From a virus, in IMG/VR virus record IMGVR_UViG_3300017730_000002, positions 45,287-109,286 of that record: 64,000 nucleotides of DNA. One strand, given 5' to 3'. Under the pieces are notes generated by a model. That model had not been told where the DNA came from. It was given only the letters and a program-made list of their open reading frames with translations, and made no database searches. This document shows, in pieces, positions 45,601 to 56,300 of this stretch. A program made the position numbers and the translations under genes. The stretch's first letter is position 1. Each line of letters begins with the position of its first letter.

Positions 45601-48600
45601 TACCTCGATAATCACTAAACTTGTCTATATCAATGTATAAATTAGAGTTCTTTTTATTAAGATCAAATCCTAACTTACTTTTAATAGACCCTGTAAACTT
45701 TAAACCAAATGCAGACTTCTTAGATGCAGCTCTAATAAACTCTTGTGTTCCACCTAGCAGCATCATGTGAAGCTCTTGTGAGAACTTAGATCCTTCATCT
45801 AAGTCAGCGGTATTAGTACCTCCACCTGTTTCTTTAGTAGTACCAGAATCTAAGAATAATTCAAGATTAGCATTTTGTATACGCTTGCCGCTTGTTGCAG
45901 TAGAGTTTAAAGAATACATACTTCTTAAAAGTACTGACTTAGATGTAAAAGGATTTATGTCAGGACTAAGATAATTCATTGGATTATTTTCACTATCTAT
46001 AAGATTTTGAAAATCTTCTGCATCATTTATTTTGGATGTTCTTGTAGATACTGTATTATTTTCTATATACTCATATACTATATTTCCTTCTGCATTCTGT
46101 ACACCAAATATATTAGCCGCTTCTCCAAATCTTCCTTGTAAACGTGCTATTCTATCTATCTGAGTTTTTTGAGACGTAGCAGATGTAGACGTAATGCTTT
46201 TATCTAAAGGTCTTTGAAGTGTCTTAATGGGATCCTGCAGTAAGTCAGATAATCTATCAGTTTGTGTTTTACTTAAAGGCGCATCCTGAGTGCTTACTTT
46301 ATCATATACATTTTTAAGATTACCATAGATATATTCTAAACCATAAAATCTTTGACCCTCTGATGAAGTTAATTCGGTTCTTATGGTATCAATATTATCT
46401 ACATATAAACCAATTGCTCTAAGAAATTCTACAGACTTAGACGTATCAAACTTGCCATTTTTACCAAAGTCTTGGATAACCTTTTCTAAATTTAACTCTG
46501 TTATTTTTGAAGATGGGTTCAGTGTTGTGTATGGGTTATCCATATCACTCATGTACTGATTTCTAAACGTATTAATAACATTTCTAGCATCAGCAGATGC
46601 ATTATTTACTTTGGCTGTATCATCCTTAAATAAAGTTAGCTGTATATAAGGTACTCTTGACTTATTAAAATCCTGCCAGAAAGATGTAGTAGCTTTAAAG
46701 TCATAAATATTATTAGCTGCTATACTTGGGTTGGGAAGCTTAGTTGAAGTCAATTGTTTAAAAGGTGCATACATGTCACCTGCCTTAACCAGTTTATCAT
46801 ACATTACTTGAGGATCAGATTCACTTGCAATAGTTCTTACAACATTATTCCACGTTAACCTAAAGTCAGCAAGCTTTTTAAATCCTAAAGAGTTTAACTT
46901 AGTCTTGCCACTCTTGTCTGTGTCATGCAGACTTTTAAGCATGTATATTGTTTCCTTACCTGCAAACTCTAATAATGATTTATCTCCAACTTTTTTATCA
47001 GCAAATCTTTCACCAACTTCTTCAGCTGTATTTTCATCCTTAGTAAGTTCATCTTCTATATATGTATCTGCTAGAATCTTATATGTACTGTTTTTCAAAT
47101 GGAAACCTACCGTACCATCTGTTGCTGTGCCATAGTTTTCTACAGCAGCTGTAAGTACTCTTATGTTTTCATCAAGCTGATCTACTACAAATTCATTCTC
47201 CTCGGCAACTTCTACTCTTTGTGTTTTAAATTCGTTTAACTTTTCCTCAAGTCTCTCTTTTATTACATCATATAAAATAGACTTTTTACCAGGATCCAAA
47301 ACTAACTTAAGAGCCATGCCTTTATTATTTTCAGAGTCAGTGCTTCTTAAATCCATAGTAACTTCATCAACTATATCAGATATAATTGAATCCATACTAT
47401 CTTTAACTAAAAGAGATTCGCTTCTTGTTAAAGCTTGTTTATCGGTACCAGGTTCTGTAATACCTATGTTTCTTTCTAACTCATCAAACTGTACATTCTC
47501 AATGGTAGGTGTATATTTATTGAGACCTTTGTTATAATAAAGAGCTTCAAACATTTCTTGAACCATTTGAATTTCCATTACATTAGATGCATATCCTACA
47601 CCAAACAACTTTTTTAAGAAATTTAATATTCTTCTAAAGAAAGTATTTCTTTTAGGAGATCCTTTTTTAGCTTTTGGATTTTTAGCATAAGTTCTAAACT
47701 CTTCTGCAAGAATTTCTTCTATTTCCTGAACACTATAATTTTTACCACCTTTTAAAGATTTTTTAACTTCTCTATATAGAGCTCTTTTTTCTTTAGGTGA
47801 TAAAAACAATTGTGTAAATCCATGCCATGCTTCGTGATATAAATCAACTGATGAACCTTTCTTAGCGATCTGTATTGTACCATACTTACCTGCAAGAATA
47901 CCGCCATATGAAATAAACTTAGCAAATGCATCTGAGTTAACTATATTAACTCCTACCTCTAAATCTAAATATTTACTAAGGTCAGATTTATTCCACCAAT
48001 CAATTGCTTTTTTATTTTGCTCAGATGTACCTTTATCTTGAGTTAATGTTCCAGATCTTTCTAAACCAAATCGTTTAGCTATACCTCTTTCATAAGGTGT
48101 ATTTGTTCCTGCTTTAGTTGTAGCATCATCTATTTGTTCTTCCTTAGATTTAGTCTGTCTATTTTTATACAGCTCTTTATAGTAAGGTACTCTACTATCT
48201 TCCTGAGCATAAAAATCAGTTTCTTGAACATTGCCAATAACTTCCCCAGTAGTACTATCCACTACAGATAAGAGTTCGGGTATAAAAATTTTAGTCTTGT
48301 TATCAATTTTTTCTTCTATTACAAATGTTATAGGCGCACCTACCATAAAGGGAATTGTGACATTTCCATATTTATATTTATCAGCAAGATAGATTTTCAT
48401 TGTTTGACCATCCACAGGTGATTGAAATAGTATATATGCATAAGGACCTTTACCACCAGGTCTTTCTCCATTTTCTACTGCAGATATAGTAGTTGTAGTT
48501 ACAGTACCAGCATTCTTTACAAAAGCTGCAAGAGCATCTTTTCTTTTTCTAATTTCAGATGGTTGCTTTTCTTTAGCATCTTCTAAAGATTTAGTTACTT

Positions 48601-50338
48601 TACTGGGTATAGCAAAGTTCATATATTGATTAAACACCTTTTCAGCATTAGCTGAAGATAAATCAATTTTACCACCTTTTAAGGAAGCAAGATAATCAGT
48701 GTAAGATATGCCAGACTTTTGAAGTTCGCCTGTTTCAATATTGTAATCTACAAAAGCATCACTTGCTAAGTTACTCTCATTAAATATTATACTTATAGGA
48801 TACTTTACGTTTTTAAACTCACTAGCATTCATGAGTGTATCAACTATAATAGATTTAGCTTCTGGACTTTTTAAATCGAGAGGCTTTGATTTCTCTGTAG
48901 GATTCTTTTGAAAAGTATCTTCAAAATAAGAAAACTGAATTGTTTTATTATTATCTAGATATTTTATACCATGTCTTCTTTGTTTTCTACTTTTAGTATA
49001 AGGAGATAAGAATTGCTTTATGTAAGCTGATCTTTCATTATAATCTAACTTATCATTTATTAATACCTCAGCAATTTTTTCAGCAGTAGCTTGATCAAGA
49101 GCAGGTCTATTTACAGTAAACTGCTCACCTCTTATATTTATTGTAGACTTGTATACATTCTGTGATTTTAATGGTGTTATTGTTCTTATTGAATCCTGTA
49201 AACCAAACTTAGAAAGAGTTCCTAATGTTAAACTTTTTTGTGTATATGCGGCCTCTACACCTGCAGAGAAACCTACAAGAGCTAATGATTTTACATCACC
49301 ATTAAGAATGCTTTTATTTAAATCGTATAAGCTTTTAAGCTGCTCTTGAAATATTTTTTCAGCAACTTCTTGAGTTACTTCTTGATCAGCCATAATCCTA
49401 GCAACGTTATTTGCCAATACTTCGTATCCATAAAGATTTACAGGTTTATACTTACCACCTTTCTTTACCACGTTTCTCATCATTTGATAGACAATCTGCC
49501 CACCCGTTTGAGTTATGTTTCCGTTATTATCAAATTTAATAGGGTTACCTTCTTTATCAGCTAATACAGTTAAGATAACTTCATTTGGGTTTATTACATT
49601 TGCCTTAGACTTTCCTGCTCTTATTATAGCAGAAGCCTTCAATAAAAAGTTACCAGTTATCTTATCTAGATCCTTAACATCCATATCAGATAACTTCATA
49701 GGCTTTAGGGTAACGTCTACTCCTTGATAAGATATAGTACCAGTTACACCTTCTTCCTGAACATCTTCAGCTTGTTGTATATTGTTAAATACAGTATAAA
49801 AAACTTTTCTTTCTTCTGAACTTTTTTGAATTAATGTTTCATCAAGTTTATTAGGATCAAGAGTTTCAAATTGTTGAAACGTTGTGCTAAATACATTAGT
49901 TGGCTCAAGCCTAACAGGCTCAAGTCTATCTACAGATGATGGAGGTATCTTAGACGTAGTCAACTCTGTTTGAAACACAGCTTCTTTTAAAACGCTTTGA
50001 CTTTGCTGTGGTGCAAAATGTTTAAGTACATTTCTTAGGCCAACGTTAGGATCAGCAAAAAGTTTATTAAGCTTAAGTATTGGATCTACATTTAGCTCAA
50101 CATCATTAATAAAGTTTGGTAAGGTTGAATAAGCTTTAAACACCATTAGTGGTACAGGCTGTAAGAATTTCACAGCAGTATCAATATCTTTTGCTTTTGT
50201 AATCTTTTTAAAAAGATCTTTCATATATGCATCAGCATCAAATGGAGTATTTTCCGATTGAGCTTGCTTCATCTTTTTAGTTACAGCAGTATATATCTTT
50301 TCTAATTGTATGGGGCTAACAGCACAAATTATTTTCAT
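36620..50338 (-). CDS. Virion DNA-dependent RNA polymerase polyprotein (single chain) with zincin, AlkB, macro-like and ART-like domains
   Basis: ADGQGY.T..YR, STQFRK, GTRIP, SGSDFDIDKL (43397-43411); HEAWH and HEYAH zincin motifs; HTD..H..R AlkB motif; FGSN..G.HGGG; YHGT..GFFF. Confidence 0.9.
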   Translation of the reverse strand: MKIICAVSPIQLEKIYTAVTKKMKQAQSENTPFDADAYMKDLFKKITKAKDIDTAVKFLQPVPLMVFKAYSTLPNFINDVELNVDPILKLNKLFADPNVGLRNVLKHFAPQQSQSVLKEAVFQTELTTSKIPPSSVDRLEPVRLEPTNVFSTTFQQFETLDPNKLDETLIQKSSEERKVFYTVFNNIQQAEDVQEEGVTGTISYQGVDVTLKPMKLSDMDVKDLDKITGNFLLKASAIIRAGKSKANVINPNEVILTVLADKEGNPIKFDNNGNITQTGGQIVYQMMRNVVKKGGKYKPVNLYGYEVLANNVARIMADQEVTQEVAEKIFQEQLKSLYDLNKSILNGDVKSLALVGFSAGVEAAYTQKSLTLGTLSKFGLQDSIRTITPLKSQNVYKSTINIRGEQFTVNRPALDQATAEKIAEVLINDKLDYNERSAYIKQFLSPYTKSRKQRRHGIKYLDNNKTIQFSYFEDTFQKNPTEKSKPLDLKSPEAKSIIVDTLMNASEFKNVKYPISIIFNESNLASDAFVDYNIETGELQKSGISYTDYLASLKGGKIDLSSANAEKVFNQYMNFAIPSKVTKSLEDAKEKQPSEIRKRKDALAAFVKNAGTVTTTTISAVENGERPGGKGPYAYILFQSPVDGQTMKIYLADKYKYGNVTIPFMVGAPITFVIEEKIDNKTKIFIPELLSVVDSTTGEVIGNVQETDFYAQEDSRVPYYKELYKNRQTKSKEEQIDDATTKAGTNTPYERGIAKRFGLERSGTLTQDKGTSEQNKKAIDWWNKSDLSKYLDLEVGVNIVNSDAFAKFISYGGILAGKYGTIQIAKKGSSVDLYHEAWHGFTQLFLSPKEKRALYREVKKSLKGGKNYSVQEIEEILAEEFRTYAKNPKAKKGSPKRNTFFRRILNFLKKLFGVGYASNVMEIQMVQEMFEALYYNKGLNKYTPTIENVQFDELERNIGITEPGTDKQALTRSESLLVKDSMDSIISDIVDEVTMDLRSTDSENNKGMALKLVLDPGKKSILYDVIKERLEEKLNEFKTQRVEVAEENEFVVDQLDENIRVLTAAVENYGTATDGTVGFHLKNSTYKILADTYIEDELTKDENTAEEVGERFADKKVGDKSLLEFAGKETIYMLKSLHDTDKSGKTKLNSLGFKKLADFRLTWNNVVRTIASESDPQVMYDKLVKAGDMYAPFKQLTSTKLPNPSIAANNIYDFKATTSFWQDFNKSRVPYIQLTLFKDDTAKVNNASADARNVINTFRNQYMSDMDNPYTTLNPSSKITELNLEKVIQDFGKNGKFDTSKSVEFLRAIGLYVDNIDTIRTELTSSEGQRFYGLEYIYGNLKNVYDKVSTQDAPLSKTQTDRLSDLLQDPIKTLQRPLDKSITSTSATSQKTQIDRIARLQGRFGEAANIFGVQNAEGNIVYEYIENNTVSTRTSKINDAEDFQNLIDSENNPMNYLSPDINPFTSKSVLLRSMYSLNSTATSGKRIQNANLELFLDSGTTKETGGGTNTADLDEGSKFSQELHMMLLGGTQEFIRAASKKSAFGLKFTGSIKSKLGFDLNKKNSNLYIDIDKFSDYRGTQELINNEFILGYLASEANRIHKFKSNPEFKNYVGFNNKLTNGRMAGESFTIFDDVLTDDTKQEIYDIIDKNEGKFFDLESYLENENITLQAKIKGEINEYFNKLATEVRLKIAENDYLSKNLLEEVNKITEDPLGQQKLLAAAYVYNSWIHNFETANLLEGDLSQYNHEKEELSKRSPGTKSGGKTFRVDKAAQTFVNGHLKKTSYAEQNGKKTLRYDGSLNTAIMKDIERDSEYLDQIEKGLREFYSKNFDKARVDELVKRDLSVYKGMEEADGQGYITFDAYRSLRFLENDWSYEQEALFQKISRGEYVGINEVTEFFPPYKLFYSGSIKQAKLPVNSMHKFSLMPLIPGVMTGELESLHEQMMDKSIHYSLFKTGSKVSHIASNPEGADIIFDAENKEQDTLKGDIDFTMNTIYVEYLKNVTGVPKKFKKQTIFSTQFRKMILKDLYNRGIITDPDAKDAAERYAKLISDYEKILEEELLSEIGYRKEGDKYIGNINNFLSLVQRELGRRNVPEHQIEFVGKNVNGTLETDLSYHFKAGDIESMIINLIQKRIINQRINGESLVQVSSALTNGMWNQAEYKTASTADIQKYRGTNDLPFYRTKPEDGSTAGMKVAIAMQGSFKNLLRLDDVAVYREETYIDDSGVENTTRVLDEEASLANLNKLIKDEKWLDANNGENRKKVTIVGTRIPVGGINYMEFGEVHEFLPASAGNIIILPTEIVAKSGSDFDIDKLNIFFPNINSDGSLTEYNSSVEKTIEMANMSTEATQKKIFNTKKLALQNDIMFNMAEILSLKSNYANLVKPNATYLLKEEIADEIGDDVATYDRYANRSQGVKIKVDKNGKETKVISPTRTIEPIYNLQKHTENMIGKRVLGIVAIENALSPIINSQGGKMPKKYSPEIYDNATKRYVKAVTVVDKAGKREVIKETSLPNFIKSGWTLTDGDYNMRLFLPHNEFPDGSISISDVTAKDGNNINELYNQLLNGFVDIEKDPWVFNIQGNREVAPILLYLIKAGVPIKSAVQFVSNPYVIEYAAQQRKLGSEYSTEGVERQFVKYEAAGRTIEKIALEQNRKGSLLEFTTEDYQDITVYQYITNKNFYDVLSRRMGDKDVFTTSDMASVNRDTISNDPRANNVGLNMFLHFLEIEKQLKGLTSLKLQSNPDTTTSRTLQEIILKEANYEGLADLTKVDQQLVRKLREESILSSFRIGDLIKDIVTPVFQFRNNDRVNDFLKRELPFIRATRDEKSLLITRFKDSLMDYIFQNYQTGFVDSNGKLTSTPETYMGRKIINREGVERGAMANMTEQSDVIYVDNAKIERDFFNKAYLKNSITYPKEGLRTFNKDIFDNVIQYKKYVIAREYLRSRIPLENISSDKEFIAVKNTLKTQFNFTEENATKQAYEYFLNKEALLDSYNRSVIMGTGAYSYSQTVIDSIDRNADLKQKYPILEQLYIPKQFGDNVGIKVLSLRNISQVKKTEGLGDIYYQNLKDLADPAVKKVADRAENLRLSRLFARLPLISIYQNGTGGYNRDSMIDVLPYENFVNIMNVAGQNFTDAQSNDATFEFVFKKLLKFGKMSTDKFIDLVVDPKEYGAPIAPVQPTDQSSDLDIATLLTNGLVNTKGLKSVNVEDAEVFTKQVFTNEESKKVFDFIETLYDQTYESEHKSSDKFGRGRRSMYFSDESYSYSGTTRPANTGSVELQRLVSKITRDLGFEDGYFDMVLINEYKDGSQKIGFHTDNEPILNNKGKLNPSVVTISFGDERTMILKGKKEYKISMKSGLGLIMGKDGQINYKHGIDAEGNKSKRFSITLRHNAVKSGNIDKSTQPPAKVKTYTGLVDIKNLKGNEDTVFGSNQDGFHGGGTAGILYANDSRAYKKQKIEGKGLRVIVGQPRGFQTGTEGSSYAIQTVTDWQLPMDDPARQVPKDEIINQIKNMYDYYTKNPSRNAYVLYTTQGRNLNGYSPLEMAEMFASAGPIPSNIIFNDEFSKLMVTDQVNPEIDVLFSENPELAAIGTKEQYAEYIQSIFPNSQVKDILYHGTDENFKPFSKEKLGSYTRSSSAQEGFFFADNPSTALEYLTADPFSTYIEQDTIDANGILKTLYDKSTLEQQEEFFEKPRNVMDDDGGSFTLYAFKKGRLAKANEFYDNKIKYAVYLKPKQTGDAFQSDERIRKNLTFKEASEFIKKTREEGFSAFDGNLVKVILDMKNPGTYTQKEQTRRDKSFAAIIKEDKETNKDSSIIKNTMDPTPTDIYVVYDIDQIHILGNEADLKGFESFVSRNPEIILGPDTTGFDTKFSEELSKKIEAVLREKYPNIKLNFTNDPIGFDSSPDVFNQEMKRSQETTQKVIAELTAPLKKAASQFYAFSRKNKVAFLATMENAIKSDPYKYINVEYGGRVTLDVYALGYLLYDTYGEEILDWSTQQELKRLEEGEKSGMDPNNPQYIKDIEIAEQADKDLEYLADLEIKKIKDTISGFDNGTKTKKDLFELFVTAQNYFDIGQSMSPYITKTFPGVRRDFNLQGKEGIYTYNFINGKLDKLYERVPSKRRERAGKDPVTGEKLYKDVTYYSGEEVTSSDDRWIDAQLALKDFKNNTDRIKKGIDYVALENLEKELLKQRLKVQFQTPEQRKADLVKGRISQFELSWEHYYGPAPSSAIESGLGDLAEDILATNGITDGLRGLTSPTYFHNSNDLLERKKNEEYVKLKAKQDLVKYVLANKDEFTADDKDINTAGDIMAPVPGWFLNAVTAESSGKLFKDLNNGIAEGVLSMTATDQWDKVQESLFTGYEAPFQKLADLTDLNSRLTNKLVYGSTTNVFSDLYLLNQTYKDKIIGQANIKAMTVLIDAANQKQDTLPHEYAHHYIAYFRDNELVQEGIRRFGGEEALVQAIGEQVVAQKGEALNWWKKFTKWLLNLLSNKQVLQILTDSFLTRRNLNTDFTTDTTTGDQPPGYLSGRVVRNPDGTLRMDQRDLSKFEEDVKKEFGPKGKPPIDRTDDFCGF

Positions 50339-50341
50339 GTC

Positions 50342-53300
50342 TTAACAGTCTAGGTCATCTAATAAATTATCTTCAGCATCTTCTGCTGAAATATTAGAAT
50401 CATTTATTTCTTTTAATTTAGCATCATTTGCAAGAAGCTCTGATGTAGCAGTTGTTGTCTCTTTACCAAAGTTTTCTTCTTCTTTAGTTACATTTTGTTC
50501 AAAAGACTTTGGATCATTTAACGCATCATTTGATAAATAGTTATCATTTATTTGATCAAGAGTTAACGTCATAACTGAACCATCGTTAGATTTAACTGTA
50601 ATTTTATTACCATCTATTTTTGAAACTTTCACAATACCATCTTTTTCTACAAATATATCACCTTTGGATTTACCTTTAGTTTTTATTACATCTAATTTAG
50701 CAATTACTTCGCTACCTACTTTAACATTTGCTAATGTTATTGATGGAGCTCCAAAGTTAGAACCTGTGTTTAAAGCTGCTTTAGCTGCTTCTAGAATGCT
50801 ATTAAGCTCAGAAACTGCTTCCGTTGGAATTTCTCCTTGCAATTCAGCTATCATAATGTTTCTATTTACTGTATCTATATCTTTTATAGATTTAGCTTTT
50901 GCAATTTGAGATTTCAGTTCATTAAATGCTTTGACTTCTGACTTAGTCATTTTAACATTCTTAATAGGTTGTTTTAAAGCATCTTCTAAAGCATCATTAT
51001 CTTGTTCATCAGATGATTCTGTTTCACCAAGTTTATTCTCTAATGATGAATCCGTAGATGGTGCAGTTGTTAAAGGAATTACAGAGTTAATTCTTTCTGC
51101 AAAGTCAGCCTTATTTAAATTTATTAAGTATTCACTACTAAGTAAGTTTGCAGAAGAAGGTCGTTGTGCACTTTCAATTTTACCATCAGTATTTTCACTA
51201 GTAGATTTAGTTATCTGAATGGGTAATAAAGCTATGTTAGCATCAACACCTATCATTCTATTTAAAAGATTTGCATATGCAGTTTGTTGCAATCCGTAGT
51301 TCTGAAGTTTAGAAAATTTATTTCCTTTCTTAAAGAAGCCATTCCATTTACTAGATTGACCAGTCTTAATATCTACAATAGTAATATTACCTTTTCTATC
51401 TGCAACAAGTAAATCAATTTCACCAGCTATTCTTAAAGCATCGTCATAGACAACTATACCTGTACTAGCTATATATAGTTCACCGTTATCAACTCTTCTC
51501 TTAAGCTCAGTAAGCATTCCTTCAGGACCAAAAAGATTATCATAAGCTTCTCTACTAATCTGATTCTCATTAAACTCAGGTACTGTACCTTTATCAAAAA
51601 GATCTTTAACGGCCTTGTCAACATAATTACCTGTAATTCTAGAAGACTCATATGTAAGCTCACCTACTAGATTAACTGCAGCATCTTTTAGACTAGTTGC
51701 AGATGCAGTATCAAATATATCTTGAGCTTTAACTTTTTCTACAGGCAGTCCTTGTTTATCAAGTAAATTAAGAGAATATAAAACTTTACCATCTTCAAAC
51801 CTATAGACATTAACCTTATAAGGTTTATCCTTAACAGTTATTCTGTAAGTTGCAGATGTTTTATATTTATAAATACTACCTTTACCTGCTAATCTATACC
51901 TCTTTGGATCAGATTTTACTAACTCTTGTGCTGCCTTATAAGCTTCAGTACCTTCTATAAGGCTTTGGTCTCTTTCCTCTAGTTTTGTTAGTTCAATACC
52001 TACACTTATACTTCCATCATAACCAGGTTGTCCTTCTTCTATTGTTTCATCTATAAGAACAACTTTTTCTAAAGTAGCTATATCTTCTTTATTAGTAAGT
52101 TCTTCAGCACCTTCTAGTTCAGGAACTAAATCTGATAAACCTATGGCAGCTTGTTCCATTGCAACCATCTCAGATACACCTTCTAACACTTTAGGTAACC
52201 TAACCTTAAGTTCCCTAAGAGTGTATGGCTCTACACCAGATATTCCAGCTTTGTTAATTTCATCAATAAATGCGTCTATTGCAGTTATATCTTGACCTAA
52301 TGTTCTGTCAAATATCTCTTGTACCTTTTCTTTATCTTTGTATGTATAATCACCTAAGAACTGATTAATAACAGAAGTAACTCTACTGTATGGATCTTTA
52401 CCTTTACCCTCTATATAATAACCATCATTTTCTTGCCTGTACTTGGGTTGTTTAGATTTAAGCTCTTGTATCTTATCAATTGCAGCTTGCTGCTCAGGAC
52501 TAAATCCAGATCTAATTCTAGAGTTAATAACACCCTCTAAATTTTTTATTTGAATTTTTAAGTACTTAATATTTTCATCTTCTTGTGGAGTTCTAGTTTT
52601 CTTTTCTTCCAAAGACTCAACTTGAAGTTTTATTCTTGTTTGTATAGCTCTTAGTGTAGGAGCATTCTTACCTATGGTACTGATAGTTTTACCATTAAAC
52701 TTAAACTCAAAATCTTTCTTTAGACCTTCGCCCTTTACAGCAGCCTTAGCTTCTTGTTTTTGATTGTAATCATCAATTATTTTTTTAACTGTAAAGTTTC
52801 CTTGCTTAACAAACTTATCAAAAAGATTTTCTTGTTGCTCCTCTGTTAAGGTATCTCTTTGCTCTAGTGTTAATGTTTTATCAAACTCTACAAATAAAGC
52901 ATTTCTTAATTCTGCGGGCATGCTTGCTATATCACTATCTGTAGTATATACTACAGCCTTTTCAGTTGGTGTAGTTGTAACTTCAGCAGAATCCTCATTT
53001 TCTAAATACTCTTGTGTTATTCTTTCAAGCTCTTCATTCCTTTGCTGATTAATTAAGTTTACAGTATTTTGATTTGGAAGACTTTGTATATTATAAATCT
53101 CCGCAGATAGATAGTTGAACTCTTTGTTTAATTTTTTAACATCTACGATTTCACCACTTTCATCAACAAATCTTAGATTACCTTCTTTGTCTTTATAAAA
53201 TATAACAGGATCTTGGTTTTCATCATATGTAGCTTGTATATACTGACCACCTTCTAAATCTTTAACAAGATCGTTAAGCTTGTAAGTCTGACCCTTCTTT

Positions 53301-56300
53301 GCAGGAAATTCAGCTAAGGTAACCTTTGTGTCTTCTAACGGTAGACTAGCAATCTTATCATCATACATTTTATTTATATCAGCAACCTTTGCTTTATAAA
53401 TATCATCATTTGCAAGAGCAGCTTCTTTGACCGTTAAGTTTTTTAGATTCTCATAAGGAATAAAAAACTCTCTATAAATCTGCTCATACTCTGGAGTACC
53501 TTTCTTATATACAACCTTATCAATATTATTAAATATTTCAGAAGGTAAAGTTCCATCTTTGACAAACTGCGCAAAGTCATCTGCACTCATATACAACCCT
53601 TGATCAGCAAGTTGATTTAAAAATGCATTATCTTCTACCATACTAACTTGACTATTTACAAGTCTTGTATAATATTCAGATCTTCTATCATAAAGCCTCT
53701 TCATCCACTTTTGATTCTTATCCACTACTTCTAAGAAACCAGCTGGATCATGTAGAATGTTTATCATTCTAGACATTTCTCTTGATTCTTGACCTAACTT
53801 GTAATAATCTGTTAACTTTTCAAAACCATCATCTAAAGCTGAATCTAATACATTTGTATTTACACCTTTAGCTACAGCTCTTAAATAACTATGATGAGAA
53901 TTTTTTAAGTTTCTAATAATCTCAGCTTGTTTCTGCTGATCATCTAATGGACCTAACTCTGAATTTATATAATCATCTACCTCTTGGTCTGTTACTTCTT
54001 CTTCACCTTTCTGCGCTTGAAGTATCTGTCTTGCTTGAGGTCTAAAGTCATCGCGTATATAGAATTTTCTAAATTCAGAAAATGCTTTCTTATAGTTTTC
54101 TAAACTTTTCTTTTGCTCTTTTAACGCATTAATTCTATTTCTATCAGGATTATTTTTTTGTTGTTCAGTATCTATTTCTTGATCAAGTATTGTTTGCTGT
54201 TGATTAATTTGCATAGGATCAAATAAAACTCTAGCAGCTCCATAATCACTTTCTCCTATATTACTGTTTTGCATGTAACTATCCTGAATATCGCTCATTC
54301 TTTCTGTTACATCTGCAAAAGATTCATTAAAGAATACAAAATTTTCAACAGATTTATTCCAAGCATGATGCAATGCTACTTGAGCATTATACTCATATGT
54401 ATCAGTTTTATCTAAACCTTCTAGCGATGGCACAGGATTCGGAAACATCTCTTGAGCTTCTTTATACCTTTGATCAATAGCTTCAATTTTATTTATACTC
54501 TTTTGAATTCTTTCTCTATAGTACTCAGGTTTCTTTTTAGTATCACCTTCTATAGCACCCAAAAGCTCTTTATCAGTAAGTTCTTGCATTGACTTTAACT
54601 TGTCAACAAAAAGATTAGTACTGTTAGTTCGGTTCATTAAGTCAACCGCGGAGATAAAAGACTCATTGTCGGTATCAAAGTTTTCTTTAGTGGAAGCACC
54701 TTGACTAGCTTTAGCATTTGCAATATTAGATTGAGTTCCTAAATTTATTATTCTACTATCTAAGAAAGTATTTAAATCAACATTATTTAATTGCTCAACT
54801 AGGCTCTCAGATACAAACTTTTTTGTTTCTACCCATTTAGCATACTCAGCTTTATTAAACATTCTGTTATACTGAACACCTAAAAAAGGTACAGCAGCAT
54901 TTATCGGTTTCGCAAACATACCCATAAAAAATCCTGATGCAAAAGTTTCAAAACCTCTTGCAGAAAATTCTTTACCTAATTCTGTTTGATATTCTGACCA
55001 ACTAGTACCTTCAATTCCCGCTTGATCTTTAAGAGTCCAATCAATTACACCATTGCTATAAGTAGATCGCTGTACCATAGCTGAATCTAAAGCACGTTTA
55101 GCGGATTCTTCATTAGCTCTTGCAATAGCTTCCTGAGCATTTTCTTGAAGACCTTCCATGAAGTTACCTTTAAAATAAACTACAGTTTCCTTAGCTGTCT
55201 TAAATCCTGGATTTTTCCACCAACTTTTAGCTAAGTTCTTAAGATTATTTTTTTCAAATATAAATGCCTTTTGGGTATTGTCGTAAAGAATTTTACCATA
55301 AGTACCAAATTTCTTTTGACCTCCACTTGCTGCAATGTCATAGATTTCTTCTCTAGTATTTCGCATAAACTTACTTATGCCACCCCTAGGTCTCGTAATA
55401 TTACTAAATGTTATTTTATTAGATATATATATAAGACCTGCGTTAGTAAGTAATGTTTCAAGACCTTTCTTTTCAGCTACAGCTCTAATAAATCTTTGCT
55501 CCTCATTATTTGGGGCTCTACCAGTCTTTTTATAAAAATCTTTATATCCTTCATCATATGTAGAATTAATAACCATTCCTGATTCTAATCTAGCTTCAGC
55601 AAAAGCCATATTTATATTTCTAACATCTCTATAAAAACCACCTGCTGTTTTAAAACCTTGCGCAAGCTTTGTTAATTTTTGGCCTTGTTTTGATGCCTTA
55701 TTTATACCTTTAATTGCATCAACTGTATTTTCAAAAGGATTAGCAAAATCAAGTGCAGCCTTAACATTTCTATTTTTCCAAAAACTTCTAGCTTTATTTA
55801 CATTACCTAAAGACTGTAAAGTATTTTTAAAACCTTTACCTATGGTTCCCATCTTACCAACTTTACCTAATCTGTTAAGTAAAGATCCTTTTCTAGCAGC
55901 TTGAACACCGCCAAGCAAACCTCCAGAAGCATATGTAGCTGCAGTTAAAGCAACCTCTTCTAATGCAGCTTCTGCCATAATACCCGCAGTGTAACCAAAG
56001 TTCATAAAAGTATTATTAAAGAAAGCACCTGCTCCACCTCTAGAATCTTGACCTATTGCAGAGTAATACTCATACTCCTTTGCTTCATCTAAATCAGCAC
56101 TTGTAAAATCTCCCTGAAGCATTTTACCAAGACTTTTTACACCAGTCTTAAATCCTAATCCAGCCAAAGGTAAAAATGAATTAGAGAGCATTCTAGAAGT
56201 ATTATCCCACCAAGTAGTATTAGCATTATACAATGCTTCATTATCTCTTATAGGACTAAATCCAACTTCTCTAAGTTTCTCTTCTCCAAATGCTGCATAC

